A stretch of DNA of 52,227 nucleotides, from positions 1 through 52,227 of the IMG/VR virus record IMGVR_UViG_3300036766_000708; one strand, written 5' to 3'. This DNA comes from a virus. Taxonomy: Duplodnaviria; Caudoviricetes. The notes beneath the pieces are model-generated. The model saw nothing but the letters and a program-made list of their open reading frames with translations. It was not told the DNA's origin and searched no databases. The position numbers were made by a program, and so were the translations under genes. Shown here one piece after another: positions 27,718 through 36,563 of the stretch. Each line of letters begins with the position of its first letter. Positions within the stretch are counted from its first letter, which is position 1.

Positions 27718-28848
27718 ATGGGTTCGTACTTACCTGCCGACCGTCCCCCGTGCCCGACGAAGCTCCCTGGGTGTGCTGGGTTCATCAAGGATCGGAAGGC
27801 CAAACAGTGCAATTCCTGTAACCGCGAGAGTCAGCGACGCGCCCGACCCAGCGTCCAAGTGTTGTCCGATCAGGATCGCCAACGGTTCAAGAACGACGCG
27901 GCAGCGGTCAATAAGAAGTACGACGAGGCACTGAAGACGATCCAGCGACAGGAACGGGAACTGCGGTCGCTCGGGGCGATCGGCGACGGGATCGACACGT
28001 TCAAGATCATCCCGAAAAAATCGTCAGGGACCTCCGAAGCGACGCCGATTCTCGTCGCGAGTGATTGGCACACGGAAGAAACGGTGACGTTCGCGCAGAC
28101 GTCCGGCCTGAACCAATTCACCCCGGAGATTTGTCAGTCCCGTGTGACGAAATTTTTCACGTCGTCCCTGCGGCTGATCAACCTCCTCGCGCAAGATGTC
28201 TCGATCAGTACCGTGGTGCTTGGGCTCCTCGGCGACTTCATCACGAACGATCTCCACGAGGAAGCGGCGGAAACCAATGATCTGCATCCGATTCACGCAA
28301 TCATCAACGCGCAGAATTTGATCGCCTCGGGGATCGAGTTCCTCCTCGCCAATTCCAAGTACGAATTCATCATTCCGTGTAAGGTCGGCAATCACTCCCG
28401 CACGACGAAAAAGGTCCGCTTCGCCACGGAAACCGGGCACTCGCTCGAATACCTGATGTACGTCCATCTGGCCGCGTACTTCCGGAACGAACCGCGGGTG
28501 CGATTCCAGATCAGCGAAGGGTACCACCACTACATCGACATCTACGATCGCCCCTACCGTTTCCATCACGGTCATTCGATTCAGTACGGCGGCGGAATTG
28601 GCGGGATCTTCATTCCCGCGTTCAAGGCGATTTCTCAGTGGGATAAGGGCCGGCAAGCGGACCTGGACATCTTCGGGCATTTCCACCAGATGAAAGACGG
28701 CGGGAAGTTCGTCAGCAACGGATCGCTGATTGGGTACAACGCGTTTGCGCTGTCCATCAAGGCGGATTATGAACCCCCGCGGCAGACGTTGATCTTGATC
28801 GACAAGAAACGTGGACGTACCTGTATCTGGCCGGTAATTTTGTCATAA
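27718..28848 (+). CDS. Calcineurin-like metallophosphoesterase with N-terminal Zn finger/coiled coil
   Basis: SDWH, LGD, GNH, HGH, GHFH motifs. Confidence 0.9.
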   Translation: MGSYLPADRPPCPTKLPGCAGFIKDRKAKQCNSCNRESQRRARPSVQVLSDQDRQRFKNDAAAVNKKYDEALKTIQRQERELRSLGAIGDGIDTFKIIPKKSSGTSEATPILVASDWHTEETVTFAQTSGLNQFTPEICQSRVTKFFTSSLRLINLLAQDVSISTVVLGLLGDFITNDLHEEAAETNDLHPIHAIINAQNLIASGIEFLLANSKYEFIIPCKVGNHSRTTKKVRFATETGHSLEYLMYVHLAAYFRNEPRVRFQISEGYHHYIDIYDRPYRFHHGHSIQYGGGIGGIFIPAFKAISQWDKGRQADLDIFGHFHQMKDGGKFVSNGSLIGYNAFALSIKADYEPPRQTLILIDKKRGRTCIWPVILS

Positions 28849-28858
28849 GGACACCCCC

Positions 28859-29563
28859 ATGAAAGCCTACGCGCTCATTGCCGTTCTCCTCCTGTCGTTC
28901 CTGGCGCTGTCGATCCCCGTCCATGCGCAATGTCCCGGTTTCCCTGTCCGTGGCGTGCAGATCATCGACACACTGTATAACTCCGCGCTCGCCAACGGGA
29001 CGGACGACCAGCGACGCGATCTCACTCGAACCTTCATCGAACAATTGGTGTACGAAGCACCGGCCGAAGGATGGGTGTGGAAATCCGCGGATCCGGGTCG
29101 TCCCCCGTCGAAAGACTCCATCGCGCGCATGATTGGATCGGTCCTGTGTAATTGGGATTGGCAGAACGGGGGTACCCGTCAACGATCGGTTCAAGCGGGG
29201 CAGCTTGGCGACAACATCACCGGTCAGTCGGCGATTCTGATTTCGGGGGTGAATCATATCGGCAGTGGGACTCCATCACCGGTTCCCCAACCCGGTCCAC
29301 CTGTCACCACGATCATCGATCTCTCTCCGGTCCTGCAACGGCTCGACACCTTGTACGCGCAGGCGGAGCGGATCTTCACCGCGGACAATATCGCGGCGGA
29401 TGCTCGACAACGTGCGCTCGCGGGTCAGATCACGGATGTCGATACGCACCTGAAGGAACACGACGAGAATCCCTCGTTTCTCCGGAGGGTCCTGACGAAC
29501 CCGATTGTGCTGTCCGTGGTCAGTGGTGTTCTCGCGGGTAAATTCGTCCTCCCCGGCAAGTAG
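28859..29563 (+). CDS. Secreted/membrane-anchored protein
   Basis: Signal peptide ending VHA|Q; Pro linker; C-terminal hydrophobic segment. Confidence 0.75.
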   Translation: MKAYALIAVLLLSFLALSIPVHAQCPGFPVRGVQIIDTLYNSALANGTDDQRRDLTRTFIEQLVYEAPAEGWVWKSADPGRPPSKDSIARMIGSVLCNWDWQNGGTRQRSVQAGQLGDNITGQSAILISGVNHIGSGTPSPVPQPGPPVTTIIDLSPVLQRLDTLYAQAERIFTADNIAADARQRALAGQITDVDTHLKEHDENPSFLRRVLTNPIVLSVVSGVLAGKFVLPGK

Positions 29564-29564
29564 C

Positions 29565-29948
29565 GTGTCCGAACACACCCCGTTCCTTCAGGTCATCCCT
29601 CAGCGGCACGACGGGGATTGCAGTGTCGCGTGTCTCGCGATGTTGCTGGGGACGTCCTACGAAAAAGCGTTGCTCGCGATCGGGCTGGAATCCGTGATCG
29701 AACGCGGCACCTACATCAAAGAACTGAAACGCGCGGCACGGGTGCTCGGCCGGCCGCTCCGCGATCGAAAACGCGTTGACCTGGAAAACGACACGGGGAT
29801 CTTGATGGTGAAATCCCCAAACTGGCCGTCACACCATCTGGTCGTGTTGAAAGACGGACTGGTGATCGACACCGACGCGACGATTTGGGACGTGGATGTG
29901 TTTCTGGCCGGGTACACCGCGACGGTGATCGGGCTGTTGGCGTTATAG
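29565..29948 (+). CDS. Peptidase C39-like cysteine protease domain
   Basis: QRHDGDCSVACLAM...HHLVV...VID. Confidence 0.75.
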   Translation: MSEHTPFLQVIPQRHDGDCSVACLAMLLGTSYEKALLAIGLESVIERGTYIKELKRAARVLGRPLRDRKRVDLENDTGILMVKSPNWPSHHLVVLKDGLVIDTDATIWDVDVFLAGYTATVIGLLAL

Positions 29949-29957
29949 GAGAGAGAT

Positions 29958-30389
29958 GTGAAATCAGATACGTTACCCACGGGCGCGAAGGAGCGGAAAG
30001 AGTACCCGATCGCAACTGGAGTTCTTGACTACTTCCCTGACGCGCTCGCGGCGATTTCCCATGTATCTTTCGCCGGCAGTCAACAACACCACCCCGGCGA
30101 ACCGCTGCACTGGGATAGATCGAAATCCACCGATCACGCAGACACGATGCAGCGACATTTCCTACAACGGGGGACCCTCGACACGGACGGGCAACGACAC
30201 TCCGCAAAGATGGCGTGGCGGGCGCTGGCGTTGCTGCAAACGGAGATCGAACAGGAGCGCAAACAAGAACCGGCGCTCCGGCCCACCTATACAGCGGAAG
30301 TCGATTGGTTACATACATGCGGCTGTCGTGATCGGAACGTCAGCGGATGTACGACGCACAAAACCGGAATCTATGAAGGGCAACCATGA
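29958..30389 (+). CDS. DUF5664 / dATP-dGTP diphosphohydrolase-like protein
   Basis: YFPDALAAISHVS..G...RH...DTDG..HSAKMAWRALALL. Confidence 0.8.
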   Translation: MKSDTLPTGAKERKEYPIATGVLDYFPDALAAISHVSFAGSQQHHPGEPLHWDRSKSTDHADTMQRHFLQRGTLDTDGQRHSAKMAWRALALLQTEIEQERKQEPALRPTYTAEVDWLHTCGCRDRNVSGCTTHKTGIYEGQP

Positions 30390-31018
30390 TCATCGGTGTT
30401 GATATTGACGGCGTCCTTGCCGACTTCAACTCGTCGTTCATCGATCTGATCGTCAAAGTCACAGGCGAAGACAAGTTCCCCCCGCGACCGTTCGACATCC
30501 CTACATGGCACTACCCGCAGCATTTCGGCTATTCCGAGGACGTGATGGAGTTCCACAACGGCCCGGTGTGGTCCGCGGTACGTGAGAACCCCTGGTTTTG
30601 GTTCAATCTCAAGCCGTATCCGGGTACCGCAGAGGCGTTGTTGTATCTCCTGACGCGTGAATATCTCTTACCGCGGGCACATGGTGACGAGTTGTACTTC
30701 GTGACCGCCCGCGTCGGCGTCCACGTCAAGCAACAGTCTGAGCGTTGGCTCAAGAAATTCATGCCGACATTCACGAACTGGCATCCGACTGTGTTGATTG
30801 CCAGCAACAAAGCGATGGTTGCGAGCGCACTGGGATTCGACGTCTACATTGACGACCGTTGGGAGAATTGTGAGAACGTCAGGGTGTTGACCGGGGCGCG
30901 GACGTTCCTGATGGATCGCCCCTGGAACGCGGACGCGCCGGCCGAGGAATACGGCATCATCCGAACCCACACCGTCGTCGGCATCGCGGACAAACCACTG
31001 AAACGGATCGCCGCATGA
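30386..31018 (+). CDS. HAD-family 5'(3')-deoxyribonucleotidase
   Basis: DIDGVLADF, VTAR, K, YIDD, PWN. Confidence 0.9.
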   Translation: MIIGVDIDGVLADFNSSFIDLIVKVTGEDKFPPRPFDIPTWHYPQHFGYSEDVMEFHNGPVWSAVRENPWFWFNLKPYPGTAEALLYLLTREYLLPRAHGDELYFVTARVGVHVKQQSERWLKKFMPTFTNWHPTVLIASNKAMVASALGFDVYIDDRWENCENVRVLTGARTFLMDRPWNADAPAEEYGIIRTHTVVGIADKPLKRIAA

Positions 31019-31368
31019 GGACCTTTCTCATTCTCCTGGTGTGCCTCTTCCTCGCACCGACACCCTTACACGCCGCCGATACACTGTTCCGGATCTCGGA
31101 AGTCGCACTGATCGCCGCTCACGGGTCTGATTTGGCGACCACCCAGAACTGCATCGGCCGCGGGGTCTGCCACGAACTCAACCCGTACCTAGGCCGTTTC
31201 AAAGAGCCCCTGGTCTTCGGCGCGGCGAAGATGGGCGTCGCGGCAGGGTCCATCTGGCTCACCGATCGGCTTCACGAGCACCACCGGTTTTGGGCTATCC
31301 TAGTCAACGCCGCGGGTACCTCGGTGTTCTTCACGGTTGCTGCGCATAACGCGCGGGTCAGCCGATGA
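31015..31368 (+). CDS. Membrane protein with signal peptide
   Basis: Hydrophobic segments; DLATT...ELNP motif. Confidence 0.75.
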   Translation: MRTFLILLVCLFLAPTPLHAADTLFRISEVALIAAHGSDLATTQNCIGRGVCHELNPYLGRFKEPLVFGAAKMGVAAGSIWLTDRLHEHHRFWAILVNAAGTSVFFTVAAHNARVSR

Positions 31369-31514
31369 CGCTCACGATGGGTTTTCCGCTGCTTGTGGGG
31401 TCCCTGGAGCTGTGCGCGGGGATCGTGTATGCCTACAACCATCAATGGGCGTTGGCCGTCGTGTGGGCGGCGTACGCGGTCGCGTGCGTGGGGTTGGCGA
31501 TCGGGAGTCGGTAG
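31365..31514 (+). CDS. Small two-TM membrane protein (49 aa, not in ORF track)
   Basis: MTLTMGFPLLVGSLELCAGIVYAYNHQWALAVVWAAYAVACVGLAIGSR; ATGA coupling. Confidence 0.6.
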   Translation: MTLTMGFPLLVGSLELCAGIVYAYNHQWALAVVWAAYAVACVGLAIGSR

Positions 31515-31628
31515 CGGGTCCTGAGGTACTGAGTCGCGTCTGTGTCGACCCCCTGGCAATTCAGGCAATTCATGAACTCGACATGAACACAATCCCTCAA
31601 TGTTTTAGCAATTCCTACCCCTGCCCGC

Positions 31629-31652
31629 GTTCAAATCCCGCCCCCGCAACCA
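31629..31652 (+). other. attP: attP core = 3' end of initiator tRNA-Met
   Basis: GTTCAAATCCCGCCCCCGCAACCA closely matches the tRNA-fMet T-loop/acceptor/CCA; 5' tRNA half absent; adjacent to integrase. Confidence 0.85.
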
Positions 31653-31668
31653 AAAACTTCCCCTTTAG

Positions 31669-31681
31669 AATCAATCACTTA
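31669..31681 (+). promoter_or_regulatory. IHF-binding consensus in attP arm
   Basis: AATCAATCACTTA fits WATCAANNNNTTR; related site at 31597-31611. Confidence 0.6.
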
Positions 31682-31738
31682 GCAAAACAGAGCAAAAGTG
31701 CTGAGTCGGATCTGAGCCGTTCGTGGTACAGTCGGGTC

Positions 31739-33013
31739 ATGCTCCACCTGTACCGCCGGCATCGCACCACCTGTCCGCACACGTCGGCCACCTACCGCCG
31801 TTGCTCGTGCCCGATCTACGTCCGAGGGACCTTGGGCGGCGACGACGTCCATCGCATGTCGATGGATCAAACCTCGTGGGACGCGGCCACGGGGATCGTC
31901 AACGCCTGGACAGTCGCCGGGAAGGTCGGGATGAAGCCCGACGACACCCAGAAAACCATTACGGACGCCGTGACCGCGTTCATGCTTGACGCGACCGCGC
32001 GGGGACTGACGCACGCGACGCTGAAAAAGTACCGCTTCCTGTCGAGGGGATTGATTCCCTGGTGCAAGGACAATGGGTACCTGTACCTGTCGTCGCTCAC
32101 CCTCGACGCGCTCACCACGTACCGCGGGACTTGGATCGGCGGGGGACTGTCGAAAACCAAGCAACAGGAACGACTGCGGGCGTTCTTCGGCTGGTGTGTC
32201 AAGCGGGATTGGATCACGAAAAACCCCGCGGAACATCTGTCGGCCTTCAACGTCGACCACACCCCGACGATGCCGTTCACGGCAGAGGAGATGATCACTA
32301 TCCTGGCCGCATGTGGGAGGTACCCGGCACGGAATCGGACGAAGATGACGGCGCTTGTTCAACTGTTGCGGTGGTCCGGGCTCCGCATCGGCGACGCGGT
32401 CACGATCACGACGGATCGCATTCAGAACGGGAAAGTGTTCTTGCACACGCAGAAGACGGGGACGAAGGTGTGGGTCCCCTTGCCGCCGGCCGTGATTGAG
32501 GCACTGGCGAAGGTTCCAGTCGAGGACGGGCGGTACTTCTGGTCAGGGAAGGGGAAAACCACGTCCGCATCGTCGAGCTGGCAACGGGCGTTGCGGGTAC
32601 TCTTCACGTTGGCGGACATTCCGGATGGCCACGCACATCGGTTCCGGGACACCTTCGCGGTCGAGTTGTTGTTGCAGGGGGTGGAACTGGCGGACGTGTC
32701 GATCTTGCTGGGGCACGCGTCAATCAAAGTGACCGAGAAGCATTATAGTCCGTGGGTGAAAGCGCGGCAGTCGAGACTGGAAACCGCGGTCCAAAAGGCG
32801 TGGAGTAGCAGTACCCCCCCTACGCCGCCGGCTTCAACGCCTTCGGTTCCCGCACAATCGCCCCATCCCGCAGTCGACGGACCACGTACCGGGGAAGATG
32901 AATCGGCGGCTCGACCGACAGCGTCCGGTACACCCGATCCGCGACCGACTGCGGGATCCGGAGCGTTCGGCCGATCAGCAGTACCCCCGGCTCGTGACGA
33001 AACCGCCGCCTGA
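31739..33013 (+). CDS. int: Tyrosine integrase
   Basis: SGLRIGD, HRFRDTFA, LGH, HY catalytic motifs; start reassigned to MLHLYRRH. Confidence 0.95.
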   Translation: MLHLYRRHRTTCPHTSATYRRCSCPIYVRGTLGGDDVHRMSMDQTSWDAATGIVNAWTVAGKVGMKPDDTQKTITDAVTAFMLDATARGLTHATLKKYRFLSRGLIPWCKDNGYLYLSSLTLDALTTYRGTWIGGGLSKTKQQERLRAFFGWCVKRDWITKNPAEHLSAFNVDHTPTMPFTAEEMITILAACGRYPARNRTKMTALVQLLRWSGLRIGDAVTITTDRIQNGKVFLHTQKTGTKVWVPLPPAVIEALAKVPVEDGRYFWSGKGKTTSASSSWQRALRVLFTLADIPDGHAHRFRDTFAVELLLQGVELADVSILLGHASIKVTEKHYSPWVKARQSRLETAVQKAWSSSTPPTPPASTPSVPAQSPHPAVDGPRTGEDESAARPTASGTPDPRPTAGSGAFGRSAVPPARDETAA

Positions 33014-33080
33014 TGGTGTTACCGGACAGGGACAGCTTCTCCGCGAGTTCCTGCACGCTGTAGTGCCGTTCGTCGATCAT
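32820..33080 (-). CDS. xis: Excisionase-like HTH protein
   Basis: HYSVQELAEKLSLSGNTIRRRF..EPGV...TLRIPQSV; convergent with int. Confidence 0.8.
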   Translation of the reverse strand: MIDERHYSVQELAEKLSLSGNTIRRRFRHEPGVLLIGRTLRIPQSVADRVYRTLSVEPPIHLPRYVVRRLRDGAIVREPKALKPAA

Positions 33081-33454
33081 TCCCCGTCTCCCCCGTACGT
33101 TTTTGCCTTCTCGCCGGCCTTTGTGATCAACACGTACGGTTTCTTCGGTTTCTTGCTGGTCGCGTCGGCGAGCGTTTGCAGGCTCCCGCCGAGTTCGACG
33201 AACTTCAATTTATCGAACTTCGACGTTTCCCCCTTCACCACGGTGATCGTGTACCCGGTGACGGATGTTTTTTCGAGACACTCCGCGTCCATGATCGCGT
33301 GCAGCTTCGCTTTTTCGATGTCCGCCTGTTCGGTCAACAGCTTCGCTTCGAGCGCAAGGTCCGCGTAGGTGGACAGGATCGCCTCCGCACGAACCTGCAT
33401 AGCTGGACTGAGCGAAAGAATCTGTTCCTGGTCGGTCGTCAATGCTTGTTTCAC
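33077..33454 (-). CDS. Hypothetical phage protein (coiled coil plus basic C-terminus)
   Basis: ATGA coupling; plausible composition. Confidence 0.75.
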   Translation of the reverse strand: MKQALTTDQEQILSLSPAMQVRAEAILSTYADLALEAKLLTEQADIEKAKLHAIMDAECLEKTSVTGYTITVVKGETSKFDKLKFVELGGSLQTLADATSKKPKKPYVLITKAGEKAKTYGGDGE

Positions 33455-33455
33455 G

Positions 33456-36221
33456 TTATGCCGCCTTCACGGTGAAATAGTCCGGAATGTCAATCATGTG
33501 TCCCCAGTTATCGCCACACTCGCCAGACGTTTCGATCGGGACGGTGAGCAAGTACGCGGGTACCTGCGTCATTGCGTACACCATTTGTGTATCCAGCCCC
33601 ATCAGAATCCGCTTGTCGCACTCCATCAAGAGATCGTCGTGAATCTGCAACAACGGTTCCACGCGATCACCATCCTTCCACCGGGGGAGGAGAATCTTTC
33701 GATAGACATAATCCTCCGCGACCTTCATCACTGATTGCGCGCCGGCCTGAATCGGCGTGGAAAAGGCGAACCGTTCGGCTTCAGACCGTACCGCATCATC
33801 GTATGAACGGATGCCACCGATGTAGCGTCGTCGACCACGAAGGTCCGTGACGAACCCGTACCGCCGCGCTTCCGCGATCTTCCCTTGCTGGTACTTGGGG
33901 ACGTCCTTGTAGAGCGTCATGGTTTCCGTGAGCCAGCGTTGCGCGTCATCCTCACTGACATCCACGCCGTTCTTCCGCAGCTCCAGACACAACCCGATAT
34001 TCGTCATCCCCATCGGGATCCCGAAGTTCACCGCTTTGGCCGGGAGTCGATGCTTGCTCTTGTCCTGATCTTTCGGGGCGACGCCGAAGATGCGTTGGGC
34101 CAGGGTCGCATGAAGGTCAATCCCCGTGCGAAATGCGTGCAGGAGAACCGGGTCTTGCGAAAGGTGAGCGAGCACCCGCAGCTCAATCTGACTAAGATCC
34201 CACGAGGCAAGTACCGCACCGTCGCCACTGACAAACCCCTCGCGGAACCGTTTCGCAAATTTTCCGTGTTTCGGCAGAGCGAGCACGTTCGGATGACTAG
34301 CTGCCAGCCGGCCGGATACGACGCGGGTAAGGCGGAAGGTGCAATGGATCCGGCCGTCGTACGGGTACTGATCGACGAAGTCCGGGATCTGGTCGACGAA
34401 GGTGCTTTTGAGCTTGTAGACTTCTCGGTACTCACGGATGTCTCCAATCAGCGTCCGAACGCCCACCGGAAGTCGCTGATCCTTTTCCAGCGCTTCGAGG
34501 ACCTTGTCATTGGTGGAGGGATCGCCTCCCGGTGTCCGCTTGAGTGAGGTAATGCCAAATCGCTCAAATAGAAGTTCTCCAACATGATCGGTTGAGTTGG
34601 GGTTGAAGGACCACGCGGCGTCGTCGGAGTACCCTTCGCTGCCGGCGAGGAGCTGAGACGCGATGCGGGTTTTGATTTCGACAATCTCGAATCCCAGGTC
34701 TGTACTAAGCCGGGAGAAATGAGCAAGGTCGGGCTTGAGGCCGATCTGTTGCATCCGGTCAATGAGGGGGATGGTGGCGAGATCGGCCTGGTACGTATCG
34801 GATAGATTCGCCGCCGCCAGTCGTTCAACCAGACGCGGCTTGAGTCGATGGGTGCAGTCAGCATCGCGGCCGGCATAGTGCAGAGCGACATCCAACGGGA
34901 CATGATCCAATGTAGCCGCCCACATTGCGCCGTATTGAGGCCGAGCGTCGATGTGTCGATCGAGAACCTGATCTCCCCAGAGCTTGCGAGGATCTTTGGA
35001 TCGGAGACATCGTTCAACCGACTTAAACAAATCTGATTTTGGGAGTTTCGGATGCACTGAAAGGCGACGACCGGGATGGACTTTCCCCTTCGCGTCGGTG
35101 TACGGGGTCGTGGTGAGTCGCGTAAATTCTTCGAGACACCGGGTTTCCCAGCCATCTTGTTCGTTCTCCCAACAGGACAGTAACCAATCCTGCGCTAATC
35201 GAAAGTTCGCGTCACCCATGACGTCGTCGTAGTGGTCCATTTTCATGTTGCAGTGGCGGGCACCGAGGGGTTTCAATCCCTGCGGTTCCAGTTGCAGGAC
35301 GAACGCCATTTGCATCGTATCGTCAAACGTCAGGTACCGGGTGTCGATGCCAATCGCCCGAAAAATGTTCAGCTCGTGGAGGGCGGAATGAAAGACAAAA
35401 CGATATACGGGGACTCCCCCGGCTTCAACGGACTGAAGGTCACTGTTGACCCATTCGACAAAGCGATCGACAAGAGCCTTCCAGCGATTGCGAATGATGT
35501 AGGCATGGCCGGGGCGGGTCGTGAGCTGGACGGACCAGACGTTGTGCGCCCACCCTTCCGTATCGCACGAGAACTCAATCGTGTTCGCTTCGAGCATGAT
35601 GTGATCGACGGTTTCGACATCGAGTACCTCCTCATACACCGGGTTCGGGATCGGGTCGTCGTAGAGAATCCGGGGGCCGATCGTGCCATCCAGGACCCCT
35701 TCGAGTTGTGAGAAATCGTACGTGACCGCCGCGGAGAGTTCGGGGGACCGGAATCCTGCCGCCGGATTATAGATCGGGAAAATCACCACTTCCTCGGGGT
35801 GCTCGAACAGCGTCCGCCGAGGGGAATCGATCGGGAGGTACCACGGAATTGCGTGCGAGCTCTCCATATCCACGTCGCCGAGGAACCACTGCGTAATGTG
35901 GCGCCCGAGGCAGATGATGTACTTTGGTCGAACCGCCTGAAGTTCCGTGATCAGTGCAGGTTCGTCACGCTCAAAATCAGCGGAGGTATAGTCGCCCTCC
36001 GGCCCGCACCATTCTTTGACCCAGACCGTACAGTAGCAATCGTGACGAGCCGGTAATCGGACACCGTCGAGGTAACGATCAATTTCGTTGGTTCGCCGAC
36101 CTTTCGCACTAAACGGACGTCCAGTACTCGCGTCATCTTTGCTTGCCCATTCTCCACAGATGAACAGATCACAAGGGATCGGGCCGGTGCCGACGATCCT
36201 GCGTCCTATACCGCTTGACAT
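33456..36221 (-). CDS. Family A DNA polymerase with N-terminal uracil-DNA glycosylase-like and 3'-5' exonuclease domains
   Basis: UDG-like GE..GRPF..LGR; exo DTE, YAGRDA; motif A DLSQIELR, B RLPAKAVNFG, C IHDDL. Confidence 0.95.
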   Translation of the reverse strand: MSSGIGRRIVGTGPIPCDLFICGEWASKDDASTGRPFSAKGRRTNEIDRYLDGVRLPARHDCYCTVWVKEWCGPEGDYTSADFERDEPALITELQAVRPKYIICLGRHITQWFLGDVDMESSHAIPWYLPIDSPRRTLFEHPEEVVIFPIYNPAAGFRSPELSAAVTYDFSQLEGVLDGTIGPRILYDDPIPNPVYEEVLDVETVDHIMLEANTIEFSCDTEGWAHNVWSVQLTTRPGHAYIIRNRWKALVDRFVEWVNSDLQSVEAGGVPVYRFVFHSALHELNIFRAIGIDTRYLTFDDTMQMAFVLQLEPQGLKPLGARHCNMKMDHYDDVMGDANFRLAQDWLLSCWENEQDGWETRCLEEFTRLTTTPYTDAKGKVHPGRRLSVHPKLPKSDLFKSVERCLRSKDPRKLWGDQVLDRHIDARPQYGAMWAATLDHVPLDVALHYAGRDADCTHRLKPRLVERLAAANLSDTYQADLATIPLIDRMQQIGLKPDLAHFSRLSTDLGFEIVEIKTRIASQLLAGSEGYSDDAAWSFNPNSTDHVGELLFERFGITSLKRTPGGDPSTNDKVLEALEKDQRLPVGVRTLIGDIREYREVYKLKSTFVDQIPDFVDQYPYDGRIHCTFRLTRVVSGRLAASHPNVLALPKHGKFAKRFREGFVSGDGAVLASWDLSQIELRVLAHLSQDPVLLHAFRTGIDLHATLAQRIFGVAPKDQDKSKHRLPAKAVNFGIPMGMTNIGLCLELRKNGVDVSEDDAQRWLTETMTLYKDVPKYQQGKIAEARRYGFVTDLRGRRRYIGGIRSYDDAVRSEAERFAFSTPIQAGAQSVMKVAEDYVYRKILLPRWKDGDRVEPLLQIHDDLLMECDKRILMGLDTQMVYAMTQVPAYLLTVPIETSGECGDNWGHMIDIPDYFTVKAA

Positions 36222-36230
36222 GATCGCTCG

Positions 36231-36563
36231 TTAGGACCGGACGTACGGATTCGGCGGCAACGCTCGCGATCGTCCAGTCGCGGTCACAGTTGTGAGTCGC
36301 CAACCGGGAGGCATCAGCGATTGTAGAAACACGTTGACTTCGTCGAAATAGACGCGCCGGACAGACCGGTCAAAGCCATCCATATGCTGAGATTCAGTGA
36401 GGGTGAACACGCGCCCGGAGAAGTGTTCGTCCTTGAACTGATCGAGAAATGCGCGCTTCATGGCGTGGTTGGGCGTCACCAGACGCGCATCCAGATCGCG
36501 TTTCAGTTCTTGCGCCAACCAGTACGACTTCCCGCCGCGCCGGGGTGCTGTGATGAACTCCAT
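36231..36563 (-). CDS. Minimal P-loop NTPase-like protein (110 aa)
   Basis: APRRGGKS Walker A, VYFDE Walker B; TAATG coupling. Confidence 0.65.
   Translation of the reverse strand: MEFITAPRRGGKSYWLAQELKRDLDARLVTPNHAMKRAFLDQFKDEHFSGRVFTLTESQHMDGFDRSVRRVYFDEVNVFLQSLMPPGWRLTTVTATGRSRALPPNPYVRS

Noticed and set aside
31580-31652. Complete tRNA gene
   Set aside because: Only the T-loop to CCA is present; no matching 5' acceptor, D or anticodon arms
31337-31738. 134-codon N-terminal extension of the integrase in the ORF track
   Set aside because: It runs through another gene and attP; the recognisable Int start and a -10 element are at 31739
29958-36221. Z-genome (2-aminoadenine) or uracil-DNA phage
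   Set aside because: No PurZ or other base-synthesis gene recognised; DUF5664 and UDG-PolA fusions also occur in ordinary phages
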